From Clostridium sp. (lineage in GTDB: Bacteria > Bacillota > Clostridia > Clostridiales > Clostridiaceae), in the NCBI GenBank assembly GCA_015058375.1, contig SVCK01000150.1:2472-66471 (forward strand): a DNA stretch of 64,000 nt. The letters run 5' to 3'. Below the pieces are notes generated by a model. It did not search any database and was not told the origin of the DNA. It saw only the letters and a program-made list of their open reading frames with translations. The position numbers and the translations under genes are program-made. The first letter of the stretch is position 1; every line of letters begins with the position of its first letter. Below are positions 62,801 to 64,000 of this stretch, in pieces.

Positions 62801-63999
62801 TTAATATTAGTATTTTTCAAATAATCAATTATTTTTTCTGCTAAATTAATAGAATCATTACTATCCATATTATAAGACTCTATAAACTCTTTTACTTTTT
62901 GAACCACTTCATATTTTGCACTTACATTATCTAAGAAATGTTCTCTTACTAAAGTAATAATTGCTTTTCTTATGCCAAAGTCCATATCTTGGATACCTTC
63001 ATCAACAGACTTTTCTATCAATTCATCAAATTCATCTTTATTTTTTTCAATCCAAGAAACTACATATTTCAAAAATACAGGGAGCTTTTCTCTTATAGTA
63101 AGGTTAAGTTTATCAACAACCTTATCATCTAATAAATCATAAAGAGTAAATTCCATATTCTTTAATAAAGCTATAAATTCTTTAATTATATTTGAAAGAA
63201 AATCTTTTCCTTGTTTGCTATTCAAATAATTTTTCAAGGCAACTGTTAAATTGCTACTTAACTCTTCAATTTCTTTATCAGTTACTATTTCTTCTAACTT
63301 TTTACTTTTGATACTATCTTGAAAATTATTAATTATATCTTGAGCTTTACTCTTTTTAATTATTTTCTCTAATAAAGAAATCAATTTATCATCATTGCTA
63401 ATTTTTTTATCAATAGCAGATGATATAATACTTTGAATATTGTTTTCTACTTTAGAAACAACTTCTACATCAATAAAACTAGAAAGCGAAAAATTTGAAC
63501 TTTCCCCGTATAAATCTGTTATAACTTTATTTATAGAATTATTATTATCTATTGATTGTAAAATTAAGTTATATATATTTTCTGCAATACACGATACTTG
63601 CTCTTCAGAAAGTAATGATTCTAAATCTATTTCATTACAAATTTCACTTATCAAAGGTTTAAATATTTCATCATAATTTTCGTAAGAAAGTTTCTTCACA
63701 GTTTGAAGACTTTTTTCAAATCCAGGTATATTTCTAATCTCTGTTTTCTCAAAATTTTTAATTAGTTCATTATTTAAAAATGTATTTAAAACGATCTCTA
63801 TTTCTTTCTTTACTTTATTACTTTTCAACTTTTTCTTTAGAGTTGATGGATTAATTATATCTCTTTCTACTAAATCACTTATCTCTTCAATAAACTGTAT
63901 CTTTCTATTTTTAATTACACCGCCAAACTTAAATTTATTAAAAATTGTATATTCCTTAAACAGCATATTTACAGCATATTTATTTGTAATATAACCAGC
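59884..63999 (-). CDS. Large tandem DUF445-family membrane protein (5' end beyond the window)
   Basis: The frame stays open upstream of the ATG at 63966 (AGYITNKYAVNMLFK). A second GVATNVIAIAMLFKP motif lies internally. EL..L..FGG.LG and F.KL.IYG..G occur at the two unit ends. Confidence 0.75.
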   Translation of the reverse strand, partial: AGYITNKYAVNMLFKEYTIFNKFKFGGVIKNRKIQFIEEISDLVERDIINPSTLKKKLKSNKVKKEIEIVLNTFLNNELIKNFEKTEIRNIPGFEKSLQTVKKLSYENYDEIFKPLISEICNEIDLESLLSEEQVSCIAENIYNLILQSIDNNNSINKVITDLYGESSNFSLSSFIDVEVVSKVENNIQSIISSAIDKKISNDDKLISLLEKIIKKSKAQDIINNFQDSIKSKKLEEIVTDKEIEELSSNLTVALKNYLNSKQGKDFLSNIIKEFIALLKNMEFTLYDLLDDKVVDKLNLTIREKLPVFLKYVVSWIEKNKDEFDELIEKSVDEGIQDMDFGIRKAIITLVREHFLDNVSAKYEVVQKVKEFIESYNMDSNDSINLAEKIIDYLKNTNINEIITSLEKNNILNDKIINNLCTIIITYLSDNNDLILSIIKKQKGRLVSDFIKYDFNNFLDVKSKVNVYNLVLKHKEKIKEFIVSTSYSKMKSEINAIYKKNLKAIISEDFIENIKGRSKNSIKQVVINNEEKIKVYLSGLIKGFINDFKFKNIAESSDVKNKILNLQDELLERTRTIQVSSVIKNFAVNKENMHCLNEVSLKYLEDKVEDFLHGRIKKMVYDNLIQYEEDEICDMAQRFMGTELKPLSIFGGMLGFVGGLIFALCFRNIGFEGYYYSLIGVIGSVILMGGIGVATNVIAIAMLFKPYKKNKVLSKIPFFRKFALGYIPSHKESLANGIGNVIDNDILNAGRIHKLFNNKRNDMYLEAMNFISSDNYKIINSNVVKNKNLICNYFYNKILSFLNKGNANSMISNIICENEISVSTNILSKISLSIKQNSNSIKKYLVKFIEGKMNSNNTVIEFLPKELMEVVEDKVELLINEKTKELINQENVKMLFIKYNDIYKSYIDREISDIISEDMISSLEKNISSKMEEFLYNDLKFVLNCKIREMLTIELDQEQTIGNVFDGIVQKAVDKNFNKLTQFIVNKINSVITENEDNIGYLIKDNISSKLNFFQKIGYAMANGDAVVDRCTHILINKNLPLFIDEKVNEVQDMISDVLTNQIYTIKLIDISFGVNEVNFEQFIDGVFTNLQKGKKLNNITKVITKEVIDRVKDLNIYNVLSNINLDSTEKIFNKFKNEINYFTNLLLQNINLINEVVLINLKNLINEVTVKDLCRGLSDKNLETLSDNIVKIFIKSSAIDKGSLNILKEVYEKSLKGKKISAIVNRDLLNSDIENIINKILENKNIKACTNNMVENIFDEICKDNLAVISTEFKDDINSRVSQATIDSLIVHTKDILESFELKSITCDEIEKMKSEEIHNLFKAFAGEYFKKLYIYGVMGAVFGVDFWLSMLIAVLDYVKEKRDNTVKEN

Positions 64000-64000
64000 A

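Noticed and set aside
1216-63676. Short antisense or overlapping ORFs in the track (e.g. 1216-1425, 1849-2049, 21043-21366, 24377-24754, 52413-52745, 56539-57033, 61295-61618)
   Set aside because: They lie on or opposite well-supported genes, have shadow-like Ser/Ile/Phe-rich composition and show no motifs.
1-64000. CRISPR arrays, rRNA, tRNA, prophage or integrase genes
   Set aside because: No repeat-spacer periodicity, GC-rich structural RNA segments or phage/integrase motifs were seen by eye.

Overview
AT-rich chromosomal window from a Clostridium-like (Firmicutes) genome; the taxonomy is inferred from gene content (yunB, polA-coaE-slt, hflX, fliB) and AGGAGG/AGGGGG RBS usage. The left third is mostly housekeeping, starting with a frameshifted IS6-family element that abuts a 5'-truncated WYL regulator gene. 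The right two-thirds is accessory-rich. The top candidate for a new system is a radical-SAM RiPP cluster at 32005-38531 (minus strand): an M16 peptidase, two small paralogous Cys-free precursor genes missing from the ORF track (51 and 49 aa, sharing an acidic leader and an I(N/Q)IGRTSGM motif), a stem-loop, an rSAM/SPASM enzyme and a heterodimeric ABC exporter. Also present: an unlisted 40-aa AgrD-like peptide gene next to an AgrC-like kinase; a locus with two peptidase-containing ABC transporters and a 97-aa double-glycine cargo; a PolA whose 5'-nuclease active-site residues look eroded; a Cys-less PTS IIB-like protein; a phloretin-hydrolase/ene-reductase pair; a ricin-fused cutinase/PETase-like hydrolase; and a candidate sRNA. 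All family calls come from motif recognition by eye; no database searches were run.
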